From contig CBFFRP010000116.1 in the NCBI GenBank assembly GCA_965644295.1, forward strand, positions 1 to 52,574: a stretch of DNA of 52,574 bases, in the 5' to 3' direction. The notes beneath the pieces were generated by a model. That model did no database searches. It was not told the DNA's origin and was given only the letters and a program-made list of their open reading frames with translations. Source of the DNA: Paraphysomonas bandaiensis. Lineage: Eukaryota; Protista; Chrysophyceae. The position numbers and the translations under genes are program-made. This document shows positions 13,801 to 25,953 of the stretch, one piece after another (the first letter of the stretch is position 1; every line of letters starts with the position of its first letter).

Positions 13801-16800
13801 GCGCCATCAGGACAGCCAACGGAAACCCCTTCTGGTCAGCCAACCGGTGCACCATCAGAACAACCTACTAGAATACCTTCTGGACAGCCTACTACTCAAC
13901 CGTCTACTCAGCCAACCGGTGCACCATCAGTTCAACCTACTGGGGCGCCATCAGGACAACCTACTAGAATGCCTTCTGGAGAGCCTACCGTTCAACCCTC
14001 CGGTCAGCCAACCGGTGCACCATCAGGTCAACCTACTGGGGCGCCTTCTAGAAAACCATCCGAAACGCCGTCGGGCATGCCATCTCCCAGTCCTACTGGA
14101 ACACCTTTAGCTCATCCTTCTAGCTCCCCGACATTTCATCCCTCGTCTACGCCCAGTTCTCTGCCTTCAGAGGTGCCAACTGGTCTACCAAGCTACCAAC
14201 CTACCACTCAACCTTCCTCCGTTCCATCGCCAGTACCCACTTCATCTCCTTCGCCACTTCCAAGCTATGTACCTACGGCAATTCCATCAGAGCACCCAAC
14301 CTTGCGACCAACACATAAACCTACTCTTCTCGGCGATACGATTCCACCAACTCAATTTCCTACGTTTTCTCCTACTTTCAGTCCCACTGTCGTACCCATG
14401 GTGCCTCCGAATCTACAGACCTGTACTTTTTCTAACGATGGAAGCTATGTGGTTCTTGCACTGGATGCTGCCTCTGATATGGGTGGACTTGGTAGCCAGT
14501 TTCAATGTTCACAGCTTTTTAATTTTAGTGCATCTGGTAGTTTCGTATGTCGCTGGAAGGAAGGTGCGTCGACAGTGTGGCTTCACTCAGCTTCATCTAT
14601 TATAGATGTTGGTGATTCTGTCACTATGAAAGGGGGTATACTTCGTGCGATGTGTCCTTCTGGAGCCAGTAAAGTTGAGTGCTCCAAATGGACAACAGCT
14701 AGTTCCCAGTCATGCATCGTGCTGCCTCCTCCAAACCCCATATCTCCAGTTGTATCCATATCCGCACCATCTACTATCGGCCAGTGCGATGATTTTGTTG
14801 TGGATATATCGGGGTCAAGTGGTTCGGGTGGACGTGACTGGTACGATTTTTCTGTGGATGTGTTCAGCGCTTCTAATTCCTCGTATTCTCTTCGGAATGC
14901 TTCTGACATCAGACGTTTCTATCGTAGTTTATACAAATATACACCTCCCACACCCCTTCCTGGTTCGTACCTCAAAGCCGTTGAGGTATACACTTTCGAG
15001 ATTAGGCTTTGCAACTTTCTTCAGAAATGCAGTTCCGCTACCCACAATGTTGTCGTTAAGGCCAGAAGCGTTCCTGTAGCGACTATAGTCGGTCAGGCTC
15101 AACGAAATGCGTATCGACACTATCCGCTTGTGTTATCATCGCATGCATATACGGCGAGCTGTGGGGCTGATGAAACCCAAAGGGGACTATCATTTGATTG
15201 GTTAGTTGTAAAGAATGGGACTAAGCAGGACAATCTTATTAACACCAACCCCGATTCGTCCAAATTCAAATTATTGCCGTATTCTCTTGATGTGGGAGAA
15301 GTTTATGTCATAGTCTTCACTGTCACGCATGATGGATTGAAGGTTAGCACTTCGTCATCTATTGAAGTAAGCGTTCTGCCGTCACCTGTAGTCGCTGTTA
15401 TTGAAGGGGGTTCGGTTCAGACTATGCGATATGGGGAATCCCTTGTGTTGGATGGGTCTGGAAGTTATGACAGTGATCTGTATGATGTCGGCGGTGTGGC
15501 AGCTGGCCTTTCGTTGATGTGGAGTTGTGTGAACTCTGTCGATAGCAGTGGCAATGGGTGTGATTTAACTTTGACTCCCAGTGCAAGCCTTGAAACTGTG
15601 ACTGTTACCGCGGATTCAGAGTCACTGGTGAATACAGAAACCTTCGTGACCCTGACAGTGTCTGGTTCCTATAACCGCTCTGATGTCGCCATAGTGAGAG
15701 TCAGAATCACTCCACCACTGTCTCCCAAGGTTTCCTTGTCATTGTTGTCGAGAAAAGTGAATTATGCTGAAAAGGTTGTTGTACGGGCTTTTGTTGAAGT
15801 ATTTTCCTCTGCTACAGCTGAGTGGCTCGTCAATGATGGCAGCATCGATTTGGTGTCATCTGCATTGACACAAGTTAGAAGAGTAGTTACACCAGGTGGA
15901 GTAACTGCATTCAACCTTGTATTGGGCGGTAGTACACTCCATATGGGAGCCTCTTTTACGTTTACCTGCTCAGTGGGAACAACTTCATCATCTGTTACGG
16001 TGGATGTGATAGCCCCCCCTTTACCTGGCAGATTTGTGGTTGACCCCACAAGTGGTTATGAACTACAAGACAAATTTATGATGGTGGCATCACGGTGGAC
16101 AGATTCGGAGCTACCACTGACGTATTCGTTTGGCTATATTTCTGCCAGTGGTGATCTGTTGACGCTGCACGCGAGGTCGGAGTTGACATACATCGGCAGC
16201 ACTCTTCCCGCGGGCTCTCCCAGTGCGAATCATAGTGTAACTTGTCAAGTTACCGTGTACAATTTGTTGGATGCCAATGCTATGGAGTTTTACACTGTAA
16301 CTGTTGAGCCAGTAACTTCGACCTCAGAAGACTTGTCAACTATTGTTATCAACCTTTTAAAGGAAGGTGAAAGCAGTATAGATTCGACTACGCAGGCAAT
16401 TGCCATACTCACTGGCGTTATCAATGCAGTAAATTGTTCTCTAGCCCCTGATTGCGCTTCACTCCATCGGAATGGTTGTGCCTCTACATCGCACTCTTGT
16501 GGTAAATGCTGGACTGGATACTTTGGAGCAGAAGGAGATGCGAATTCTATGTGCTACTCGGGCTCTTCGAATATGGATACACTGGGTTTGTTATGCAGTA
16601 CGAATAATGACTGTGGAATATATCAGAGCTGTACGGATCAAGTTTGCGAGTACATGTTGAAACAATGTCCTCGCAACTGTACGAGAAGAGGGACATGTCA
16701 AATGGAAGAAATTTCGACGGGAAAGGTCACAGATAGTTGTCGAGCTGATGATGTTTCTTGTCGAGCTGTCTGTATTTGTGACAACGGCTTTTCTGGTGAC

Positions 16801-19800
16801 GCTTGTGATATATCAACTGAGGTGCTTGAAATTAAGCAGCAGTCGAGGTGGCACTTAATTGACTCTGTGTCAACAACTGTTATGTACAATGAACCTACCC
16901 CGGATAACATCGGAAGTACTGTTGCTACAGTGTCTCAATTGTCTGCGAATCCTGTTGAGCTGACTCCCGATGCGTGTGTTATATTGTATGATCTTGTAGA
17001 CTTCTTGCTCGATAGTGCTGGTGAACTCGAATTGGCATATGATGTGGTTAACGTATATGGAGCGATTGATACGTGCTCCTCAATTGTTACAACTCTGTCA
17101 TCTCGACGACGGTTAACTACCTTCAGCAACTGGACATCATCCGCCGAACTGGTCGACAAGTACTCTGACCTAATTTCTTCACAGATAGTGGAGGGTCAAA
17201 AAGATGTGACCTATGTACAGTCCTTGTCACGGGTTGTGTCTGCTGTGCGAACATTGGATGGGAATGGGTTAGCGGTTTCATTACCACGAACGGGTGAGGA
17301 GGAGGCTCTCGATATTCAGAAGTCCATGGTTATAATCAATGGAAGTGAAACAGAAGGCGTGTCTTCGGTCGCTGTAAGTGTTGTTGAAACCGCAGCTAAG
17401 TTATATCGAAACAACTCTAATTTTACCTGTAACCCGATAAATGTTCGAGTTTCGACCGCTACTAGCGGGAAAGCATTTGAAGAAGTTACAGTGGTGCTTC
17501 GAAATCACTATATATTACATGACAGCTTATTTAACACCACAAACACGTCTTTCACGACGAGGTGCTCAGATAACGAGCACAGCACACACAACTATACTTG
17601 TCCAGGATCAAATTCGATAGTCTCCCACGAGTGCGACGGAACTCCAAGAATACTGAAAACCACTTGCCCAATCTCCCAGACAATGCCAGTGTGTCGTGTC
17701 CTCGTTGGTGGAGTTCTGGATTCTGGAAGCAACGCCTGCGAAGTGGTTGATTTCACTGTGACCGATACAACATGTTGGTGCATGATCAACTACGCGCAAT
17801 CGAAAAGATTGTTGTCGTCAACTGGCGACAGCACAGTACGCTCATCTGGTTCACTGGAAGTAGCTGCTATAATGGAAAACTCGTATACTGATTTTGTTGA
17901 AACTATTTTGGAGTCAGATAATATTACAGTTGGTGGCGTTAGGTATTGTACATATGTATGCAAATACACTCGTCGTGTAATACGCCGATTGTAGGGATGT
18001 TTTACTAGTGATCATCATGTTTTTTTCTATGTGGGCAGTTGGTTTGGTTTCCATGCTAGAACTAACTCGTGTATCGTTCACGCATAAACGAAACAAGATT
18101 CAGCACAAATCAGTAGTTGGGAATCGAACTGCTAAAAGCGGCTTAGAGGAGAGTGACACGAGCGTACAGAAAAAGTATTTGCTTAATTATATCAGGTATT
18201 GTGTTTAAGTTTGTACACGTACTTGAACTTCATTTATACAACGTAGGGAACTTGTGCCGTCCGTGTTTCGGTCTGATGGCTCTTCATGGCAGTGTCTACT
18301 TTCCGAGGTAGCGAAGCACCACAGGTGAGATGTTCGCCGCACACTTCTTTTTGTCATAAAAGCCAACTGGACAGATATGTTGTTATGTTTTCAGCCAGTG
18401 GACCAGGTGCTGAAGAAATACGGCTACAAGCTGGGCTGCATATGTTAACTGTGCAGACGATGCTGATGTTTTTGATTGCAATTTTCTATGATGTTGAGTA
18501 CCCCACTGATGATGGCACGTGTGGTACATATGTCGACGAGAAATCATGTCTGTCAGAACGGTCCATGTTCGATACAAGTACGACAACTTGTGCGTGGAAT
18601 CTTAATGATGATGGAAGTGGTTCATGTGTATGGGTGGAGCCGACGATATCGTATAAGGTGCAGTGATGATGCACGCATGATATGTTTCCTGCTAACAGAC
18701 TTGCTAGGTTATTGTCATTATATCTGTGTTGATAGCTGTTCTCACCGCGCCCATCAATCTGGTTGTTGATTTTCTCTTCGAGGTTAGAATTAGTGACCCA
18801 TTATTTTTTACATAATGTGTGCGATGCTGCAGGACATATTGAGTGCCCCAACAGCAGATGAGAAAGTAGTTTTAATGACGCAGAGTATGGGACGCCGAAT
18901 GAGCCAGGTGGCACGAAGAACACTACATGGAATATCTTCTTCGGTGTATGCGACTATTAAGAGTATGGCTAAAAATAAAAAAGGATTGAGTCGCCTCACG
19001 GGCTCGCTAGTGTTGAATGAAACTACTCGCGCACTGCCCCCAGCAGTAGTACATAGCCATGCCTTAGCCAGAAGTGCACTGGGATGCTCCTTAAAGCGCC
19101 TCTCGAGTGAGGGTATCGTTGAAGATACAGAACAGGGGGACTCTAATGTGCTGAGTCAGTCCAGCACAGTTAATCTTGATGCCATTGTATGCAGCAGTAA
19201 GGCGCATAGAAGAGGAGCCCAACTGGCGAGACGCTGCGGCAAGACATCATCCCATGATATTCGATCAGCATCATCAGTGGGACCAGAAGAAATTTCCAAC
19301 GAGAAGATGGTTTCAGTCACATATGACCAATTTTTAGAAGATTTCAATGATCAACGTTCCATTTTAACTGGAGAAAGTCTTCGAGATTTCGATGATCGAT
19401 GGGGGTAAGACAAATCATATTTATATCTGTGTATAAGTAACTGTTGCTTGAAGTTGGGACGCCAGAATCGGTCGTTTTATGACTGATAGGGTTTCGACAT
19501 TTCCGTGTACACCATCGATTGAAAATTTGATTGACATGGAAATGAAGAATGTGTCTTCTATATGCAACGAAAAAATCAATAAACTACGGATCGCGACAGA
19601 TGTACATATAGGTGCGTCAGTGCAGTTATCCGTGTAGCGAATATGCTGTTATGTTGTACGTGTTTAGGATTGGAGTTGCTTCACCTGTTTGTTATTGATC
19701 TCCTTGGGCGAAATAGTCCAGCTGGAAAAATATTTCAAACGAAGACTGAGGAGGAGTATGTAGATTTAAAATTCCATAATTTTGTTATGTAAGATTCGTT

Positions 19801-21453
19801 ACTTGCAGTTTCAAGCACTCATTTGTAGTCACCAAGACAGCAAAGATCCTGGCATGGATTTGTGTTGTCTTTTTGAACTTATTTTTTGCCTATTTTTCCA
19901 TCCTTCGTGGTATGACAAGGTCCTATGGCTGGCAAAAAGGGTACTGCGTAGCATGCGCTATTCAACTCATCATTGAAGTTGTGTTTTACGAGACCTCTGA
20001 ATGTGTATGGATCAATTATAATATCCCGCAAGTAAGTGATTGCTTAATATCTGTCACGTGTTAATACCACTCCTAGCTTGTTAGCTCTGATGTAGAGCGC
20101 ACAATTACGGCCCTTACGGACACCATTGATTACGCTTTTTCAACAGTGAAGAGAAAGCGCCCCCCGCTAGATACACCTTCATATTTCTTTGTGAGCACTC
20201 GAGTCGCTGAAAACTTCAGTGATTTATTTGAGAGTTCAATTGTGCTGGCGTTTCACTCCTACTATCCACCGTCACGTATGAGCAGCGATTGGCGAGAAAA
20301 TGGCAGTAGTAATATGTTGGGGTTGAAGCGCTGTAGGAGTCATACACGAGGGGGTGTTATGGGATTATTGGGGCGTGTAAGTGTTGTTGCAATATTAATG
20401 ACTCTACTCAAATATATTGGAACCGTAAATATCCGCCTTCAGCGAGTCATTCTTCATAGCGCACAGCCAATAATAGTCGCATTTGTGTTTGTACTGGTTT
20501 CCAACCTTCAGTCCAACCCATTGTACGGCTACATGTTGCTAGGTGTCATTTTGTTCGAGTGTGTAAGGAGCGTAGTAACAAAGCGTACAGTTACCAAGCC
20601 AATACCTGACAGTATGTCACCGATAGGTGATATATCATCAGAAGTTGAATCGCGTGAAAATGGATCCTGCGTAATGAGCTGCGGTCACGAGGTCACACAG
20701 AAACTTGCATCGAATTCCATCGAAGAAAAGTTGTCTCATCAGAGGTCAAAGTGTATGTCAGCTAACTCTCCAACTGTCATTGTGAGACAACGCAGTTGCT
20801 CATTCAGATTAGACAGTGCAGAGGTATCGAGAAGCAGTGTCGTGAGCTACTTATCGGACAGCAGTGATAATAGTGTGAGCGATAAGGAATACAATATTAA
20901 GCGTCGAACTGGCATATCAACAGCATGCGAAGAGCTGTCAATGAGGGTTAGGTCAAGTAGTTTTACTTCCTCAAATGGGGATGGTTATGATGATGTCAGC
21001 GTAAGATTCCCTGTTGAATATGAGGAAGCGCAAATGAGGTTGACCGGTATCTCTGATCTTGATGAGTTGTATTACCCACTCTCTGACAGTGAGTATGAGG
21101 CGAAAGCCAGGGGCAATGCGATGGACTCAGAAGATATAAGTGAACAACGTGACGAATTTCTGATTGATTCTCCTTCATCGAGTAGTGGTGAGTCATCCCA
21201 TGGCGAAATTTACTCCATTACTTCATCTTCCGAGTCGTCCAAGGAATCTGTTCATGATATGATGCCTCATTTACTAGACTGTGAGGATAGTCAGCACGAG
21301 AGCTCCTGCAGTGGAGGTATTGGATCTCGTGATGAATACTCGATGTCCAGCTCGCCGATAAACAGGGATCGATACATGAGCTCTGATAGCTCAGTTAATT
21401 GTCTGTCGCTGTATGACTGTTCATCGAGTGAAACTGATAATGTGGATGCATAG
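10827..21453 (+). CDS. Multi-exon surface receptor B: signal peptide, NHL beta-propeller repeats, plant-type LRRs, PSGQ/PTxx stalk, then the same REJ/EGF/GPS-like/multi-TM body as receptor A
   Basis: ATG 10827 (MLPELCLFLCVAVMG). Intron 10888-10936 is in frame with the 2296-aa ORF. NHL motifs (TTVAGNGSIGNTDGVGTNAQFVAPYGLAIS) at about 10990-11975. LxxLxLxxNxLSGTIPSELG LRRs at about 12050-12830. Intron 17943-17994 leads into TM exons (DVLLVIIMFFSMWAVGLV; EVAKHHR-Y; LTVQTMLMFLIAIFYD). Stop at 21451-21453. Confidence 0.82.
12860..14070 (+). repeat. Coding 12-bp tandem repeat stalk of receptor B with higher-order 144-bp and 312-bp blocks
   Basis: Marker cagccaacggaaacccct recurs at 13357, 13501 and 13813, with matching flanks. 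Confidence 0.95.
13999..21453. repeat. Right arm of the ~7.4-kb inverted duplication (pairs with 498-7870)
   Basis: Near-identical translation from PSGMPSPSPTGTPLAHPSS onward in both large ORFs, and mirrored small ORFs throughout the ORF track. Confidence 0.97.
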
Positions 21454-22610
21454 CAGGGTTGCATTATATGAAGCTGAATATAATGTTCTCTTCCACTACA
21501 TGAAAATGGTATTTCGTTCCCTGAAAGTGTACGAGTGGTCACTCTTTCCTATTCTGTGTATGCTATTTCCTTCCAAGATGTGCAATTTGGTTACTAGGGT
21601 GTCATTCTTCTCATTGAGATCTTACTGCAGGTCCTCTATCATCTGATAAATTTGTTCCTTTCTCTGCCCTAGCAGATGTGCTATGTTTGTTGTATGTTTT
21701 GTCTCATTTGTCCTATTTTGTGGTCCTTTTGTTGAAAAATCTACAATATATGTGGACTCCATCTAAACTGATATGCTAGAGTCGTACCTCGTCGACTCAA
21801 AAATATCACGCGGCATTGTCCGGGATGTTAGCTCCGGATGCAGCTGTTTTAGTGAAATGAAACGATTATATGCAGTGTATTGTATCCGAAATTGATATTT
21901 TTCTAGGATGATATGAAGTAGGAAGTGAACGTTGAAACGACACTCTCTCAATAAATTATTAACTTTGTAAAGTTAAGATCTTCGTGGGCGGTTGTTTAAA
22001 ACAAATTACACAAGAAACGATCATTGGAAATATCTGTGAGTTTTTGAGGGTAGCGAAGCTAGATGACCTACTGTATGTGAAATGCACAATCTAAATTGAA
22101 AAAAATTCTAGTTTGTGTAACTAGAGCTAGAGCGAGCAACACGCCAGATTTCCCCACTGTTTTGAAGGTATATACATATAGTATATAGTACACTAATTTG
22201 AGTGTATGATTTATATATAGCTTCTCATAGTGTCCAGTGGATATTGATGTCGATGAGGATACGGTATCAGCCATTGTTGATGCGCAGCACATTCTGCGGA
22301 ACCTAATCTTCTCTAAACTCGATTATCATGTAACACCTGTGACTGCCTCCATATATACAGGAGGAGTGTATGTGTATGTATTCTCGACAAAATAAACAGG
22401 GTTATCAGGACGATGATAGAAAACACAGAAAAAATAAAAAATAACAGCAGTTAGAAATGAAAGAGATGGCTCCAATTCGTGTGATTAGTAAATAATACTT
22501 CTCTGTAGAAACCCTATATATTGATGATGAAACTATAGTTGTAACTGTAGTTGTGAATTTATATGATGTGAGTGCTTGTATACAACTGACTCCTCTGTTT
22601 AATTTTAGCT

Positions 22611-22761
22611 ATATATCGGCAGTCAGCATCTTAGTTTTCGGAAATATAACGAAGTAAATATTCTCTATATTACTGCAATACAACTACGGCTGAAATACAG
22701 ATAATTGTTGACTCAATATAAGAGGCATCTATGAACAAAAATGTACGAAGGATGCCGATAT
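22611..22761 (-). repeat. ~150-bp dispersed repeat, copy 1 (short terminal inverted repeat ATATCGGCA...TGCCGATAT)
   Basis: Reverse complement aligns along its length with 23892-24044 and 43313-43462 (core caacaattatctgtatt..agccgtagttgtattgcagtaatataga). Confidence 0.85.
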
Positions 22762-23891
22762 GTATAGAGTACAAAACAGGGCACATACATACACTCTGTA
22801 CAGACTATGTACACTGCTGCTGAAATGAGGAGCCTGTTAATTTATATAGTTTTACAGCAAAATATGTTTCTTAAATTCAAAAAAGCCTGATTTTTTGATG
22901 GTGTATTACGGTATGTCATTCCAAAAACTTCTACTGTATATATAACACCATTATGTTAGACCTCATGCTGACAATGTCGCTCAAGATATCCGGATATATA
23001 GCTGTAAAAATCAAAAACTACTGTTTTATGAGTATAAATCTACAGGATATCTGTATATATAATATAACATATTGTTATGAGGCACTAATAAGCCACAAGT
23101 TGATAGTAAACAACAGTGTTATTACCTTGTTTTATCAGGGTTATCTGTGATAATAATGACTTGTATCACTCATTCTATCACAGACTATACCTACACCAAT
23201 CCACTGTACATCTTGGACTGTGCATACACTACGGACACCATATTGTCATTAAACACCGTATATATTAGTAGGAATACTGTATCTAGCTGTTCACACTATA
23301 CGTATACACATACACCAACTGTATAGTGTCTTGATTACTTTGGCCATATGTAGAACTAAGCCAGGCAATAGATGGCTACGAGAAAGACATCAATGAACTG
23401 AAGAAGAAGGGGGTAAAAGTCAGTTAAATATGAATAGCTGTGACATGTTAGCGACGAATATGATGTTAATGGTTCCTGTGCCATTGCAGGCAGTCCTATA
23501 TCTTGTTCAGGTGGTCAGATTATGCACTTCGTTCCAAAGGGTTGGAGATTTACAGCCAGAATTCCATTGATCTGTCTGTACGATTTATGGTTTTATGGAG
23601 ATAGGGTGAGCGGAATAAGACCATATCGTCTCATAAGTCGTCGGTTTGATGTTTGACATACAGAAGAGTGTATGTTATTGCTTTTTTACTTGAGCTAGTA
23701 CAGTGCGTGATGTCATTTGTTAATACTAAACGATAATATATATGAATTACAGTGTTCAATGAAATATATCACGACCTGAATTAGTGAGAATATCTATTGA
23801 AGATACATACATGATCGTATACTATATCACACCAAGCTTTCACTCCAATGATCGCTAATCTCCTATACGGGAATGACAACACATATATCCG

Positions 23892-24044
23892 TATCAGCAT
23901 CCTTTGTATATTTTTGTTCCAAGATGCCTCTAATATTGAGACAACAATTATCTGTATTCTAGCCGTAGTTGTATTGCAGTAATATAGAAAAATTTTGCTT
24001 CAATTTATTCCCGAAATATAAGATGATGCTGACTGCCAATATAT
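23892..24044 (+). repeat. ~150-bp dispersed repeat, copy 2 (inverted relative to copy 1)
   Basis: tatcagcatcctttgtatatttttgttccaagatgcctctaatattgagacaacaattatctgtattctagccgtagttgtattgcagtaatatag...gatgctgactgccaatatat. Confidence 0.85.
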
Positions 24045-24789
24045 CATTGAAATGTATATGCTCAGTACCTCTCAGAGATATCCCTACAAGACCTCTGAAC
24101 TCATTGGCTACATTACTCTCTACATTAAACATCTTCTTCTATGAAATTCTTCATCTATATTATGTTTACTCACAACACTGCAGTGTGTTAGTATATGTAA
24201 CACTGCTCTCCATATATGTATATACCTCCACAGGACTCTCTCTACACTATACATGCATATAAACAACATAATAATATACTGTTATCTCATGTTTCAATTT
24301 TATTCAGATACTGTTTTCATTAATGTTTGTAATCACACTGGAATAGAGCATCCTCTACCTTGCGTATGAGCTCCTCAGGAGGTCCATCTTGAGATGTATA
24401 CTATCTTGGGTTGGTGATAGAACCAGACCCTACTTTTCTTCTGCCATACGAAAAATGTGGCATATATCTTTCCTTATGTCCGATTAATCGAAGTCAGAGT
24501 TATAGGAACTGCTACCAAAATAATATTTATAGTTAGTTATGATATTTAATAAGAGATATGCACCGTATTAGTTATATTGAAAGTCTTATTATTTAGCAAT
24601 AGGCGTTAAAAACTTGTACCAATATGGCTAGTTGAATGCTAGACATACTAGTGTTAGACCTCTACCCATAACTAATCAACACAAATTCTGTTATCCTATT
24701 ATTTAGCGCTACAGAAGCTGCTTATGTGCGTCGCCGAAGCATTAAGGTGTAACCACTTCTGTTCTTAAAGTTGAGTGAGAGTTTCGCCA

Positions 24790-25320
24790 TGATCGTGTGT
24801 CTTAGGACTCACTGGCGCGTGTTGTCCGGGGGTCTCCCCTTGGGATAATGTTCCACCAGTCTCTGAGGTACAGGGTTCGCATTAAGGTCCTGAGTGTACC
24901 GAGCACTAGATGTGTGGTGCTGAGAGGTGAATGGTGTGGTGGAATGTGGCGTTGTCGCCGTGCACCGTTTGGGTGGTTTCAAGCGGTCCAGTGCTATGGT
25001 CCTATGTGTATGAGTGGTGGAGTGCATATGAGCGGTGGGCGGTGTTCCAGTCTCAGGCCGTCTGTGGATACCTAGTAATCGTAGCACCCTTGGGCGTTTC
25101 CATTTCTGTCTATGTTTTGTCGCGGTAGTAGCCTCGGGGGTCCTTTCTGTAGGGTAACGTATCGTCTACTTCGATCTTGGATCATTAGCTTTGCTGCAGC
25201 GAAAAGCGGTAGAAGTAATCTGATGACCGCTGATTCGATGCTGCGCAGTCCTTGGGGTGTCAGTGACTCATGAATGTGGTCTCCGAATACCGATCGCGGG
25301 AGTAGCCTAGGGGGTTCTAT
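24790..25320 (-). mobile_element. Possible decayed fragment of a mobile-element ORF 3' end
   Basis: GC-richer island in AT-rich DNA with a C/A-rich minus strand. Two overlapping frames (LLPRSVFGDHIHESLTPQGLRSIESAVIRLLLPLFAAAKLMIQDRSRRY.. and ..HYPKGRPPDNTRQ*) separated by one frameshift. No diagnostic domain. Confidence 0.3.
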
Positions 25321-25953
25321 AGTTAAAATATAGCAATTGAAGACTTCACATTAAGAATTTCTAGTAGTATGATGGCAGACACGAGACACGATTGCAAGAG
25401 CATTAGAACCAACCACATATCGGCATATCTTGTAGTTTGTTCTTGGTGATTGCATATCCATCTGGTATGTCTCCTGAATTTGAATTGAGAGGGAGTGTTG
25501 AGTATTGCTATTCTTAGAGATATTGAAGGCTGTATTTTAAGGTTATTGAATTATAACCACTACTTGAATAATATAGTAGTCAAGAGATAGTACTATATGA
25601 TACACTAGGAGATATTATTATTATACACAACTGAAATATATATGGACTGTATGGGATCAGTGCGTGCCATGTTCACGCACAAGGTAGTAAATGGACTCGA
25701 AGTATAATGAATCACTCAAATTCATATATACAGCACGCGAGCGCTGTTGTCAGTGAGGTGAGGTGTCAAGTATCAGACAAAGTATACAAGCTTTTGTTAT
25801 ACAATTTCTATATCAGTGATAAATATTGAGCAACAAACACTTCTTGAATAGCTGAACCCAAATTGGATAGACACTCAAATCCTTGCAACGAAGTATGACC
25901 ACACTACATGATAAACAACAACAAACGTCTAATCTAATACCATAACTAAACAG

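Noticed and set aside
13055-14110. 351-aa His/Gln/Leu-rich ORF (and its 320-aa twin at 7759-8721) overlapping the stalks
   Set aside because: Alternative-frame shadow of the 12-bp coding repeat, which happens to lack stops. No independent evidence of coding.
17943-17994. Stop codons ending the 2296-aa and 1762-aa ORFs, suggesting secreted proteins without TM segments
   Set aside because: The ORFs read into a GT-AG intron (17943-17994 and its mirror). Splicing continues into the TM exons.
498-21453. Inverted duplication as a pure assembly artefact (fold-back chimera)
   Set aside because: The arms differ by scattered substitutions, indels and whole diverged patches, and each has its own intact head and signal peptide. 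Long-read confirmation is still desirable.
22611-24044. A single Mutator-like element with 150-bp TIRs
   Set aside because: No 8-10-bp TSD is visible, a solo third copy exists, and the unit has its own short TIRs. Independent insertions are simpler.
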